A stretch of DNA of 64,000 bases from Mytilus californianus (taxonomy: Eukaryota), in assembly GCF_021869535.1 (NCBI RefSeq), contig NW_026262701.1:21576001-21640000 (forward strand), written 5' to 3'. A program made the position numbers and the translations under genes. A model generated the notes under the pieces. That model saw only the letters and a list, made by a program, of their open reading frames with translations, was not told the origin of the DNA and made no database searches. The stretch's first letter is position 1. The number at the start of each line of letters is the position of its first letter. This document shows positions 48,106 to 62,495 of this stretch, piece by piece.

Positions 48106-51100
48106 AATAACATGTAACAATCAAGTCATGAAAAATTACCTGGTTCTCAGGTTTACCAAATGATACAGGGGGAAGGAATTTTATTATGCCCCAATCATAA
48201 AAAGGGAAAGGACCATTTAGATTTACCCTTGTCCTTCCATATATCCTGATCTTGGTTAATTTTTTACCTGCGTTGCAAAAAGCATCATTTATGTTTATCC
48301 TTATACATTTGTATGTAATGATATTGGTTCAGTTTATACTACTGGAGTTCAACGGATAGAAAACTTTCGTCAATGTTTTCTTGGCTTTTATGACAGAGAA
48401 TGCAAATGATTTTAATATTTGTTCTGGGAATGATTATTTATGCTATGGAATACATATTACCTCAATCAATTGAATGCAGACGCAGGTCCTGACCCAGTAT
48501 TTGTCTTGTTGTGTATATATGTCTGTTTCCTAGACATATACATGGTATAGCAATGAATCTAGGGTATTTGAGGGTCCATTTTACACCAAATAAATTTTAA
48601 AAAAGCCAACATTTTTTAATTTTTAAAAAGTTTTGCCAAATTAAAAAGAAATGATTTGCACCATAAACGTGATAAAGTTTACATGAGGTAGAGTCTGAGG
48701 ATCAAGAAATAAATTCTATTTGGTTTAAATAAGAAGATTTATGATGATGTAATTTCTAATGACTGTTTTATAGTATAAAAAAATATGCTTTGTATTTGTT
48801 GGAAAATGTCAAATATATCCTCATTTCCTGATGAGCAATAAATAATCGTACATGGTCCAAATTTGTTGCCATTTTTTTCATTTCAGAAACACACAATATG
48901 AGTGTGACATGTGTGATCTGATCAACATTACTAAATTCCTTCCACACCGACTGAAGGATACATATCCAAACTTATCCAGTGTACTATAGTCTGTAGCTGT
49001 TACTCAAAAAATTAATTGATCACAGAAAATTATCATTTTTTTCCCATTTCAAAACTATCTATTCAATTATATTCAAGATGGATCTTAAGTCCCCCTTTTT
49101 GATGTTGTTGAAGGCGTGATAAAGATTGTTATGAATTCGTCGAGTAATTATATAAGAAACTGGATAAGTGCACTGTAAACCTGGTTTTACCCACAAATTG
49201 CACATGCAAATGTCATTACACAGTCAGAAGTAAGATGGTTGTCTACGGTTTTGACAATGCGTCCACTTATTTCCCGTAAAAGGATATACCAAAAATTGTT
49301 TTTATGAAAATGCAATACAAGCTCTAGCTTCACATGTCAATACTAAAAATATCAATTATTGACCTTGGGTTCAAAGGTCAAGGACACATGCAGTCCTTAT
49401 AGCACATGACCTTCCCTCATTTGATTATACACATACATAACAAACTTCATATTAATATATATAACAATGCAAACAAAATTGTTGACATCCAATCAATCAT
49501 GCATACTTGAAATATCAATTATTTAACCTTGAAGCCAAATGTCAAGGCTTAATTGCTAGCTGTCATGATGGTATATAACAAGCTGTCCCATGGTTTTACA
49601 AAAACATACAATACATCATTGATTTATCTCAAAAGACTAAAATGTTAAGGCTCGCACAATTAACTACAGGTTTATAATATAACACTTCGTAAGTTCAATT
49701 ATTTGACCTTGAAATCAAAGGTCAAGTGAAAAATGTGGTCTTTTTGGTACACAACTCACCCTCTCAATATTAGACACTAACATACCAAATTCCATTGATA
49801 TATCTAAAGAAACAAATAAAATCTGAACAAGAAAAATAGTAAATCTTCAAATTTATTCAATTTATGAATTAAAAGTTAACTCCCTTTTTTGTCTATTTTC
49901 TTGTCTCAATTAACTCGTATCTTTCTTATATGGACGGTGACCTACCATTTTTTTTATTTTCAACTTTTAAATTAACATTTGGAGAATTCAATTACAAAAA
50001 ATAAAAAAATTCTATGGATTAGAAATGCCACTTTTTATTCAATAAATGTATCAAATAACGTTTTTTCCTTCATTGTCTATATGAAATTTGCGTCAAAATG
50101 TTCATTTTACCTTAAATTTTCAAATCAAAACTTTGAGCTTGGAACACTGGTGACCCCATTTTTTTATTTGATAATTTCGAAGTACATATCACTAAGAAGT
50201 TTTCCTTAGAAAATAAAAAAACCCTTGGATAAAAATTTAGACCCCCCATCTACCTTAACGGACTGAACTTCTGATTGACTCTGGCAACAGTTACAATACA
50301 CTGGGCTTTAAGCAACCAGCAATCAATCAATCAGTTACAATACATTGAAACTATCATTTATTTTCTTATGATCAAAGGTATTGGTGAAATGTAAACACTT
50401 CTAAAGCATGGAAGAACTGAAACTTGTATGTTTTCAAGTTTGCTTCTCCCTCAACATTTTGGAAACCTTTATCATGGCAAATGAAAATGTATGATACACA
50501 ATTCTTCTCAAAATGATGCTGATGTTTCGTTGACTTCTTCTAAAAACGTCTATTGCTTGTTTTGTTTTCACGAATTTGCAGTAATTTCCCATATTGCAAT
50601 GAACATGACATGAAAATTAATTAATCAACTTTCGAAACAGAGATGAAGCAATTATATACTTGTCAAAACATTTGCTTAAAAATTTATTCTGTTTGCACGG
50701 CGTGAACATTTTCACCAAATGAAAATTACACTTTATAACTTTATGTTTTATACATATTTCTGTGATTTATATTGATTCGCAGGTTGTCTATCAATTTATG
50801 AAAGTGTGTCATTCTCTTATTAGAGCATCCTGGTGTTCTTATTCTGTGATCAATGCTTTTCAACGTTTCAAATCTTTTCGTATTTCCTTATTTTGTTTCT
50901 AGCTCCATTAGTGAAAACATATTTTAAAATTCACATTTTATGCACCTAATTAATTGTGTACTTGGAGTTTGTATTTTAATTTTTGTTGTTTGTATCTTAC
51001 TAGAAATAGATTTTTGATTATTTTGGTGTTCACGACTTTTTTTTAAAAATTGCACTTTTTAAGAAGATTTAATATTTTTTTCTTGAAACAGATATAAACT

Positions 51101-54100
51101 TCAAACAATTTTTACAATTATGGTTTGACAAGGAAAATATGATATTGGTTTTTTATCATTTTTGTTGATCAGATTAAAACAACGGATCTTCTTTTGGTTG
51201 AAACGACCTTTGCGCACAAGAGCATTTCATTCAACGAGAAAACCCAATACCGTATAGTCAGCTATAAAAGACCCCACCATCAGAAATTCTGTTTGAAGAA
51301 TAGCCCATTTTTCCCTTACCGAAATTGAGTCTTTCATTAGAATACTGTGGTCAAAAGGAAAACAACTACTACAACTACTACAACTACTACTACATGAGAC
51401 AAAGTGGTTTGTTGCGTTAAGCCACAGGAGCGTGTCTCTTATTATATTTAACCCCTACATCTTTATATAACGTCTAGGTTAAAAAATCTGAGACAAGTGC
51501 GTATGCATTAAACCCATACGCAGGACGAACTAGTTTTGTTTTGTTTTTTATTTATTTTTGTTTTTTTTATTCTAACGTACAAGTATTTTAAGTCTTTAAG
51601 AATGAAATTCAAAACTAGGTAGATGCCAAATTTCTTTTATATCTTTTGTTTTTAAAGTGTGTTTCCTGGAGGCAAATGTCAGCTGTAAAATTAAAGCATT
51701 TTTGGTTACTTAAACCAATGGCATACATACCATCAAGTGACCGTGTTATATTTTGTTACCTTTCAAATAAATTAAGACGGATCTTTAAAGGGCTTGGCAA
51801 AAAAAGGTAATTTTATAACAATACCGTAACAAAAATGTTATCAAAGTGACGCAATCCGTACCCATTGGAATATCACTTAAAATGTTTAATTTGATTACCG
51901 AAACGCACGTACACAATACAGTTGTTGTTAAGGACAAAAATGAATCATCTCATCACTCACAGTGGTCTCTAGCTTATCAATTCTTATTTTCCTCGACAAA
52001 ATTTCAGGAAAATACAATAATCGCATTGTCAGTCCGTCATTCCATCCGTCTGTCCGTCTGTCCGTCATGTGACCGTAACAAATGGTTTTCGGAAGACAAC
52101 TTGAATATCCATTGCTAACTTTGAATGAAACTTACAGGGATCAAAAATACATGGAATGGAAAGAAGCCTATTAATATTTGGGCAATAAGTCAAAGATCTA
52201 GGTCACTGGTACTAAAACACGGATGTTTTGGTGGAAAAAGGGTATCCAGATGAAAACTCTGAGGTCAATATGTCAATGGTTAAGGTAACTGTTGCTCTCA
52301 ACCGACCTCCCTTGATTTTTAAATAAGACAGACTAACCTAAAATTAGATGTTTCGCAGTTCTAGTGTCAAATGCTGACATGTTTTTAACCACGGAAGACA
52401 TTTTTCTAGCGTACAATGAATTAATGCACTGTTGCTAACCAGGTTTTGTCAAGACGTCGCAGAGATCTTTCCAATGTCTTTGCGATCGTATTTTTTTTTT
52501 TTGCGGTCTCAGAGACGTCATATCGCGGTTGCAACGTCTATACAACTGTTGTTTTAGCAAAGGGGGAATATACAGTTTAGGACAAAAAGCTAATTTATTC
52601 TAGCAAAAAACAATAATGGACTTTACGCAACGCCGTACAAAACGCAACGTCAACAAAAGACAACGTCAGACAAAAAGCAAATATTCGACAAAAAGCGGTG
52701 TAATAAAAGCATTGACCATACATTTGATGAAAATAGTGGTACTATGTATGATTGAATGAAAAACTAAAAATTAAAAATAAAATATAATTTTTTGTAAACG
52801 TCTTTACAGTATATACTATCTGTATCTCTGTTGCAAGAGTTGTTCTATCAATGTACATATCACGATCTTGAAATATGGGAAATCACTCTAAATTTGTGAA
52901 TAGAAAACCATGCTTAAGGCTGTTTTAAACAAATTAAAGGGGATTGGGGGACCCAACTTCATAACATACGAGTTATTAGTAACTCCATGAATTATCAGTG
53001 TTAAAATTTCACCTTAACGTTTTGTTTTTTTTTTTATTAAAGGAAAAGAATTAATGGTTCCATATTTATGTACCAGATCTTGAGCCAGTAAGTATTTGGG
53101 AACGGAGACCTTTATGTTAGATTGAATTGTTGATTGATAAGGCATTATTTTAGGCAATATGAAACAGATGGTGTCTAAAATATGCAAAAATACAAAAAAA
53201 TCTGACACAAATAATCATGAAGCAAACACGTTTGTACCGGTATCAATTATGTTTGTTTTAATAAATTCATTCAGATGATGCAATGCTTTTAAATAAACAT
53301 AAGACTCTTGTTTACAATAGACATGCGATTTCTGTTAATATCATTAAATTGTGTTGTTAGTGTTCAATTGTAACCTTGAAACAGTGCATTCAAGTGCTGA
53401 ATAGATTTAGAATGAATACCTATTTATTTAGAAGCATTAGATTTTCATGTCTTTGGAAATTCAATGAAAAAAAAAAAATTTAAGTCGTTACTGAGGATGA
53501 TCAACAACAAAAAACAAACTGTTAAAACACGCATCTGAAGTATCAGAATTTAAGCCCAGTATCTTTAATTAGTTGTTCAAACTAAAGTGATGTTACAATA
53601 TTTAACTTATGGATGGCCTGGTAAACGTTGTGTTTTATGTCTAAAGAAAGTGTATGCCCATTCTTTTAAAAGGGTCTGCCGAGCAAATTTTATGGTGTAT
53701 ATATGGCCATGAACTGATTGTCTCTGCTAGTAAAATCAGAATCTTCTTTTTTGAAGTCCCAATTCTCCTAAACTATAATCATTGTAAGGAAATTGAAAAC
53801 AAATGTTTTATTTGAACATCTTTAGGGTACTGCTATGTTTCGTTCTTCATTTGAATAACGTTGTAATTTGTTCGTTTTACTCATTCTTCAGATTTCTGTG
53901 TAGTAATTATTTGTTCTAATTTTGGACTGTTCATTGTACTCAAATATAAAAAAGATCTACATCCCATTTCGAATAAAACCACTTATTCATAGCCCAATTG
54001 CTTTCTATGCTATAGTATGCCTCTTTGAAGCATTTATAGCTATTTTTTCTAAAGTTCAAATAAAATTGCAGTTATTTCATAGAAAAACCATTCCTTATCA

Positions 54101-55320
54101 TGATATGTGCTGAATATTCAACATACCTTCCATTACAAATAAGGGCTCGCTGGTTTCAGGAAGTTTGGTAGTACTAATCAGGTACTTCTGATCTTGGCAA
54201 CAGTGCAAATATGGCATCATATCATAATTTCATATATTTCTATTTCAATATTTAAAAGAATATTTAAAAAATGGTTCTACAGTGATCCAAAGTCCATAAG
54301 CTTCCATTTGATACTAAAATTATCCAAACAGTTTTCTCTTTGACAAAGTTGCAGCTATGCGTAGGAACTATTTTGTATGAATTTGTATATTCTTTGTGAC
54401 CGAGCACAGATTAGAGGTTCTATACCTAAAACAGAACCACACTTGCTACATTGACTTCTCCTTTCCTCAATATCATTATGCTTTATTTCAAGCAAAAAAA
54501 AAGTACATAAAAAATTTGTACCAACATTGTTTCACTTAATTCAAGTTAACACTAAACTGGTAGCAACATTTTATCCAAAGAAAACAGCATATGGATAGTA
54601 TTGTAGTGACCGATATGAGACTTTTTCCATTATTAATAATAAGAGGCATAGTATATAAATATCTACTCATTCAACAATATTGTTCTTACCTTAAGTCTTT
54701 ATCTGAACAGAATTTGGTTATTGAATATAGATATAAAACTGCAAACAGAAAAAGAAATTGAGAATTTTGTCCCTCCTATTTTATGAAAAGGGATATTTTT
54801 GGTGCACACCACACTTTTCTGTATATGTAATAACATGGATAAACTCGAGCAATTGATGTATCTCCTAGATAGGGCTCCAAACATATTACATTTGGTGCAA
54901 AAACAGTAAATGTGTCCAAAATAACCTCATTTTGATATCTTGTGATTATTATTAGATATTTGTATGATTAACCGATTTACCCAAAAATGTTTGTAAAATG
55001 CCTTTTTGTGTAAAACTGTTGCTGTGCATTTATATGTTGACCAAAAACTTAGCGTAAAATATGTAAAATACGAAAATATCAAGATATTTATGACGTCATG
55101 GTGACATCACAAATTACTGTTGTTTACTAAAGTAACAAGATTATATCAACCTGTTCATGTATCAATAAAATTCAGATTTTTCAAAGTTTGAGAGGATTTG
55201 CAAATATTTACATACAATTAACTAAACATTCGTGTTTTTCCAACTGCAAATCAATCGACCACAATAATAACGATGGATTGATACATACAAAAAGTAACTA
55301 AGAGGAAACACAAATAAAGC

Positions 55321-55326
55321 TTTATT
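55321..55326 (-). terminator. Poly(A) signal AATAAA, mfp-3 copy 3
   Basis: Homologous to 14653-14658. Confidence 0.7.
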
Positions 55327-55370
55327 TATCTATCATTCATATCAATATTGATAACTTTCTTGTTTCAGTA

Positions 55371-55529
55371 CTAATACAGATAGCCTTTGTTTCCCGAATA
55401 TGATCCTAAATATGGACCGTTATTCCAGCCCTTATTCCAACCATAACGTCCGTGGTATCCATTGTATCCATTATAGCCATAGTAACCATTGTTGTATGGC
55501 CATGGTGCATTATATCCTTGATCATAACC
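55371..55529 (-). CDS. mfp-3: mfp-3 copy 3 exon 3: GYDQGYNAPWPYNNGYYGYNGYNGYHGRYGWNKGWNNGPYLGSYSGNKGYLY*
   Basis: TTTCAG acceptor, phase 0, open to TAG; full precursor 78 aa. Confidence 0.95.
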   Translation of the reverse strand, partial: GYDQGYNAPWPYNNGYYGYNGYNGYHGRYGWNKGWNNGPYLGSYSGNKGYLY

Positions 55530-55605
55530 CTGAAATTAAAAAAAAAAACATTAAATTTTGAATTAATTATGATGTAGACATATAAAACAATTCAAAACCG
55601 ATGCG

Positions 55606-55882
55606 TTAATAAAGGCAACAGTAGTATACCGCTGTTTGAAACTCATAAATCGATAGAGATAAAAACAAATCCGGGTTACAAACTAAAACTGAGGGAAACG
55701 CATCAAATATAAGAGGAGAACAACGACACAACAAAAACACAACATTAAAATGTAACACACACACAGAAACGAACTATAATATAACAATGGTCATTTTCCT
55801 GACTTGGTACAGGACATTTTATGAAAAAAATGGTGGGTTGAACCTGGTTTTGTGGCATGCCAAACCTCCCGCTTTCATGGCG
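55606..55882. mobile_element. ~277-bp repeat insertion in copy 3 intron 2
   Basis: Absent in copy 1 (ATGCG|TAACATCAG, about 14942); GCGT at both junctions; carries the CCTGACTTGGTACAGG core. Confidence 0.8.
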
Positions 55883-55899
55883 TAACATCAGTTAATAAG

Positions 55900-56850
55900 A
55901 TGAAAATATATTAACTATGTAGTCGATGATTTAAGTCCAATCGAAAAAAAGGAGACAAAACCATGGCAAAAAAAAACGTAAAAAGAAAAAAAGAAAAACA
56001 ACAGTATACAAAACGCAACAGGGAATGAAGACTGCCCAAAATGAACCCCAACAAAAATCGTGGGGATCTCAAGTCCTCCTAAAGGGTAAGCAGACCCTGT
56101 TCCACATTTGGCATCCAACATGTTACTCATGAACGTACATACCCGGTCAAAAATCGTATTCAGTAGGTCACATTCGAGGAAAAGAGGACGGAATTATGGG
56201 TACGACAATTTGTACATATCTGTTGTCATCTGTGAACTAGATATTCCATAACAGTCAACCAACTGGTGATGGCGTCCGTTAAATTTTAGAAGGGAGGGTT
56301 TCAACTTCACTACTTGGAACTCTTTGTTTAATACCTTCAAGGAAATCATGATACGAAATGCAAGGTCTAGAATATCGTATCAACTAGGAGAATCATAACC
56401 ATATACAGGCGCTAATTGAATGTTGCTACGAGAAATGGAAAGTTCACAATTAATATAAAAATCTGAAATCATCTCTTTTGTTGTTAAGTCTTTTTTTCAA
56501 ACAATCCTCATTGTCAATTTTTATATGTAAATCAAAATATGAGGCCGACTTAATAATATTAACGGTACCAATTTTGCTGCACTAAAATTAAAAAACTTAT
56601 TTAAAAAAAAGAGCTTACAATCTACAGATGTCAACACGTATAACCTTAACTGTATTTGTTGTATTCTTTATTTCATGTCATTGGGATACATGTGTTCAAC
56701 AAAGTCATAATTGTTTTAGTTATTCAGTGTGAGGTTATCATCTTTATAGCGAAAGTGAAGTTAAAGGATAATGTTATCTTCTTTTCATTCTTCCTAAGAA
56801 CCTCTTGAATGCAGTCAGCTTCATATAAATAAAAGAGGAACATGTCAACA
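55900..56850 (-). mobile_element. Decayed Penelope-like fragment in copy 3 intron 2
   Basis: Paralog of 14960-15960. Confidence 0.75.
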
Positions 56851-58017
56851 AAAAGAGGCGTACAGTTGGTTCCATCAGAATATATATACATTAAAGGCGA
56901 TGCGGCTTATACGTCCATCAATGGCAACACCAACCAATGCGACATATAGTATTCAAAATACCTTTAACAGTTGACAAATTTGTATATTCAATCTGTACCT
57001 AATCATATCGCAACTAAGCAGTAATGAAAACTATCAAACAGGGACGTAAAAATGTATTATAACATTAGATTCAAAGAAGGACATTACGATACATCTATTA
57101 ATCGATAACGAGGATTCTGATCATGAATTTGAAAAAAACATTTGAACATAAAACAAGGTTAAACATTTTTTAAGCACATAACAAAAAGGCCATTTATGAA
57201 AATTTGATAGGTTTGCATCCAAATTGAGACATCTATCCAACAAGACAGAAAGACAAGGATGTGAATGACCTATAGTCGCCGTACGGCATGCAACTCTAGT
57301 TTAGTCCAATTTTTTTTTATTTTATATATATTTGAAAATATTTGAACATGAGTTATATACCCAATAATAGATAAGACTGTTATAGTTGATTGATATATTA
57401 TTAATAAGTTAATATGTTTATAACGTGACGTTACCACTAACAACGTTTATTTTGAACAATTTATATCAACGTTACCTCCTTTGTTGCGAAGAGTAAATGT
57501 AACGTGACTTTACCACTAACAAAGTTTATTTTGAAAGATTGTATATATGTTTACCATGAATATCTTCCGTGAGGAGTGAAACCGGTAGTAACAATGTGAA
57601 CAATGTACATGTAGACTATGTGAACAATTTTTGATACAACGATATATATGCATTTTCTTCTTTTTTTTTTCTTATATACATATATTACTGTATAGAGTGC
57701 GCAATCTCACGTCTATAGTTTTTTCAATATTACACACTGAGGGCTTATTGGTTGAAGGTTGATACGTAGAGTGATATGGAAAAAAACCATCTCATTTGAA
57801 AAAGTGTTTGCCGTTTATTTATGTCCCTATATTAGATGTCTATCAGGTATCAATTAGACTTTGTAACCGTGACTGAATCGTCACGGATGTTGGACACCGA
57901 ACGATTTTCATTCATTGTATTATAAATAACGTTGACTTGTATTAACTGTTAAGTTTATGATAAAACCAAATATCTTGATGCCATACCATAACAAACTTCA
58001 AATATTTTTAAACTTAC

Positions 58018-58028
58018 ATAACCTGCAT
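58018..58028 (-). CDS. mfp-3: mfp-3 copy 3 exon 2, 11-nt micro-exon ATGCAGGTTAT (DAGY)
   Basis: (T)nCAG / GTAAGT flanks; one synonymous change vs copy 1. Confidence 0.93.
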
Positions 58029-58511
58029 CTGAAAAAAAAACGTTATCAATTATAACTTTACATAAAAAAAATATTTCCTCTTATTTATGTGCCAGTAAAT
58101 GATAATTTGTATAATTTATATATAAGAATTATGGAAAACTATAAGAAGACAAACAATATATAACCAATTTTTCAACAACATCAAAATAATGACAAATAGT
58201 AAGGAAAAAATACTCACTTCAAGAATACAAATTATAGCTTTCTTCCTGTTTTCCCATCCCTTTGATGTTGTTGTAATTGCCAATTTTGGTAGGATATAAA
58301 GACTTAATTTAATTGTTTCAAGAGTTTGTTTCCAATTTAAAAATGAAGAAATTGATAGCTAGTATTTTTGCATGTAGCTACTGTCTCTATTTAAAAAATC
58401 TGACATAACATATATATCAAGTGTTACGTACATACATAATGTTTGACAATTAATAAAAATATTAAAAAATTAAATTTAATGAACGCTTTAATAAGTCAAA
58501 CCTTTACTTAC

Positions 58512-58578
58512 CACTCTGAACGACAAATAATCCAATAAGGACTAAAGCCAGCAAAACTGTGACACTGAATTTATTCAT
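58512..58578 (-). CDS. mfp-3: mfp-3 copy 3 exon 1, MNKFSVTVLLALVLIGLFVVQS
   Basis: ATG at 58578, GTAAGT donor in phase 1. Confidence 0.95.
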
Positions 58579-58607
58579 TGCTACTAAATCAAGTTTTCTG
58601 CAGGGAT

Positions 58608-58649
58608 AATCTGATTGCTGAGAAATACTCTTTATATACATTTCGCAAT
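58608..58649 (-). promoter_or_regulatory. Copy 3 core promoter: TATATAAAG (58630-58638), C/EBP-like site (58640-58649)
   Basis: Same layout as copy 1. Confidence 0.7.
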
Positions 58650-58876
58650 CAAACCACTGTAAATCAAGAGGAAAAAACAATCACACACATGTTTCTATTA
58701 CAATAAGATTAAAATTAAAATAAAAATTTCAGTGAATTACATAATCCGCATTCATTGTCATATTAGATGCAAGAATGAAAATAAAAAAAATTAAAAATAC
58801 CAAAAGAATTAAGAATATGTTAATTCTATGATTCATTAAAAGAAAAAAGAAAATCATTAAACTGCTGTTGTAATAA

Positions 58877-59094
58877 AAAGTAAAATAAAAAAAAGAATAA
58901 AAAAAAAAAACCTGAACTCCAAGGGAAATTCAAAGTGGAAAGTTCTTTAATAAAGTCAAAAGCTCAACCATATCAAACGAATGGAAAAAAAAACAACTGT
59001 CATATTCCGGATTTGGTACAAGCATTTCCTGATGTAGAAAATGGTGGATAAAACCTGGCTTTATAGCTAGCTAAACATTTCACTTGTATGACAG
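58877..59094. mobile_element. Promoter-proximal repeat shared with copy 1, truncated by a deletion
   Basis: Paralog of 17967-18171. Confidence 0.75.
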
Positions 59095-61874
59095 CCATAA
59101 ACCACGCAAATAGAAAACCCTATAAAATACGCACCTACAATATAATATGAGAAAAGTAATCAACAGTTTCAATTGAGTACACATTGTTCCGTGGCAAAAC
59201 AGTTACTATACGAGTCCATCTTATTTGTTTTATAAGTTAGATAGTAGGTAAAAATCGGTAAAATTTGCCAGTTCTTAGATATTCACAATTTTTTGAAAAC
59301 TCAGTCAGATATCATAAAGAATTTTTCAGTTGCATTCCATTATAAAGTTTGCAAATTTATTCATATTGTTGTTGGCCTTTAACAAGTTTGTTGAAATATA
59401 TTCTACGCACTGCAAAATATAAGCTGTGTCTTAATGTAATTTTGCAATTTTCAATATTTATAACTTATCATGCTGCCATTTGAATTCTTCCCATACGAAT
59501 GAAGCTGGTAAAATACAGAAGAAACGACCTGTCTTAATCTGTCTATGGACATTATAAGACCGTTTGGTGGGGTTTGTTTTGCTCGATCTTTAGTTTTCTG
59601 TATTGTGTTTTAAATACTTTAGCATGTCTTTAATTCGTTTTTCGTTTTTGTCATGACGTTCTCAATTTGTCATCAACTAATCAGTTTGAATGTCCTTTTG
59701 GTATCTTTTACCACTCCTTTGATCACATAATATTGATTCATAAAAATAATACAGTACCTTTCTGCATGTTTTATTTTATCTTTATTTTGAATTAAGAACA
59801 GAAAACCTATATTTTTTTTTCTCTTTCAATTCTAAAAGGTCTTTCAATATGACATTAAAATTAAAAAAAAGACTAAAACAATATAAATTATTAGTTTATG
59901 CCATTTTCAGGCTCACATTCAGGTACCTATTCTTAGTGAATGAAATTTTACGTGGTATACCTACAAAGGCCGTCAATGAAAAGAACTATGCATCAAAGGT
60001 AAACGGTATTCGGCATGGAATTACAATGATTTTGGTCATTTAAATTATAAAGATCATTACTATTTAACTCAACTCTCAGCTGGTTGATAAAAAAGAAGCG
60101 AATATCTTATTTGATTAAAAAACGTTATAGAAATCCCTTTTTATACAAGATCGTGTCATTTTTGTTGAGCCTACAACGAAAGTCACGGAAGCGAGACATA
60201 GCGATCGTACACCTCGTTGTCGTCGGCAACATTTATGTTTAATCTATGGTTACAAAATTATTCAGCATACATATCTCTATGGAAACTAAGACAAAAATTT
60301 CTTCTTTATCAAATGAAAGGCAGTTAAATAAGTAAAAGAGGTAGGGTCAATTTCCCTTGTATTTATTTTACAACAGGGCCATATTCAAAAATGCTTTCAC
60401 TTATGACTTTTATTCATGGTATCACCGCACAATGTGTTTAACGTTTTAAAACATAATGTCTCATTTCTTAACAAATCAACAAATTATAATTTCCTGAATG
60501 AAGCCAAAAACTCAATTGTAACAGATTTTGCCAAATATCAAGTATTTTTCCTAAAAATATTTAAAAAGGAGTTCGGGAACCAAAACTTAAATTCTGTTGA
60601 AAGTAAGCCATGAATTGTCTTTAATATACAAAATAATTCATTATGGTGAGCAATGTCCTTCGATGAAAAATCTGATAAATAAAACCCCTTTTGAACTTCA
60701 GTTGTATATCAAAATTCTTAAAACAGCATCACGTAGCGCAAAATAGCATTTTGATTTTATGGAAATGAACAAAGTAAAATTGGTAAAAAAAATATATGTT
60801 ACGTATATGATATATTGACCTGTCCATTTTTTCCAAAAAATTTAGATAATGGTATTTTCAATGTCTATCAGGATTAAATACTTTTTATATTTTGACCATG
60901 TAAGTAAATCAAATACAGAAGTAATTGGCCCTACCTACTTTGACATATTTTTTGGCCAAATTTAAAAACATATTTTTGTTTTCAATTTTCAGGTTGTTTT
61001 TTCATTTATCACTGACATACAATCGAACGATAAATTTTAAGACATAAACAACTGTGTTAGATCATCCTTCAATGTTACGACACTGATACTGTAAATAAAG
61101 AAGTAGCATCTAAACAAAAAAGCTTCTATTTTTTTCGTGTTTCACTTATAAATGGGCCGTGTTTTTGGCAGTCAACTTTACACTTTTACACAGACAGAAG
61201 CAATCGTAGGCGAGAGACGTATGCGGCGAAGGCCTTTACCAATATTTGACAATGTAAACAAGAAAATATAACATCGAATCGCTACTTTTGTCCCTTTATT
61301 AAAAAAATGTAGAACAGAACTCTGATCAATTAAAGAATTTTTAATTAGTAGAAAATAAAATGTTTTACCTACTGACTTTCTTACAACTTCGTCAAGTAAA
61401 CAGCAGTACGTGATCGTACCTGTTGCTTTTATCTAAAGATATGACACGGGTCGGTTAAAAAGCACTGTATTTATACAATAATACACACATATTATAGCAA
61501 GAATAATAAGGAAAAACGCATTCATTTTCAAAATATAATTCCAATTACAGATCTCACAGACTAGTATTTTTGTCATTGTAAGACGGGTACATGTTTACCG
61601 AGGATAACGTATCATAAGATCCCATAATTACTTTTAAACTAAATATGCCGGAGAAAAGTTCCAAATCTTCGATAGAACAAACAAACACTCCCTTCCAAAG
61701 TGCGGACGTGACACAAGACACCTTAATGTAGCATTTACAAGAGCCAATAACAAATAATGATGAAAACAACGTACATTACATTTTCATACTACTTTGAAAT
61801 AAGTATTTTTACCTAGATGGGCAAATGTGACTTATGATAATGATAAAATATCACACAATATGAGTGCATAGGCC

Positions 61875-62495
61875 TACCCAGCTGCTTCCAGTTATGTTTC
61901 TTGTATCTAAAAAATCTATCATTGGATTATTGTTTTTGAGACAAGAGACAAAAACGCCAAAAAATGGTAAAAATCGTCATTTAAGGACAATAACTCTATT
62001 AAGGAGTATTCTGCAGATATCAGCCATGTCAGATTATCTGTAGATCTTGTCTTCTGATCAGTTTTGCTCTTAAAGTTTTCTTTATCTGTTTTAGTTTACA
62101 AAATTATAGGCAAAAATTAAAAAAAGATAAAATCTGCAATTAAACAGCAATCACTTCTATACGAAGTCGCCATTTTATATACATTGACAGTAGGTAGCTC
62201 GAATTGTATTGCAAATTTCTGCCAGTCAGATTTTCTCATTCTGAAGGGGCTTTGTAGAAAGTAAACACAAAACGTATTATATCCTCATGTTATTTTCTAG
62301 CCGTGTCGACCGTGTTGGTTGGCGGACAGGATCATATGACACATTTTTTTAATATAGATTTATCAAGGATGATTATTACTTAGTTTGGTTCCCATTGGCC
62401 AAGTAGTTTAAGAGGATTTTTGTAAAATTAAACGGATGACGGACGCCAAGTGATGAGAAAAGCTAACTAAGGAATTTTGTAAATTGAGCTAATAA
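61875..62495 (-). mobile_element. HINE/Helentron-like element
   Basis: Paralog of 22575-23216. Confidence 0.6.

Larger units (their letters stand above)
39605..50254 (+). mobile_element. Kolobok-type DNA transposon, 10650 bp, decayed
   Basis: TTAA on both sides (39601-39604, 50255-50258); GG...CC termini; TIR GGTAGATCGGGTGTTTAAATTTT vs reverse complement GGTAGATGGGGGGTCTAAATTTT (20/23); internal transposase exons. Confidence 0.85.

Noticed and set aside
55685-55705. CTGAGGGAAACGCATC as an ultra-minimal hammerhead
   Set aside because: Does not match CUGANGA and has no stem I
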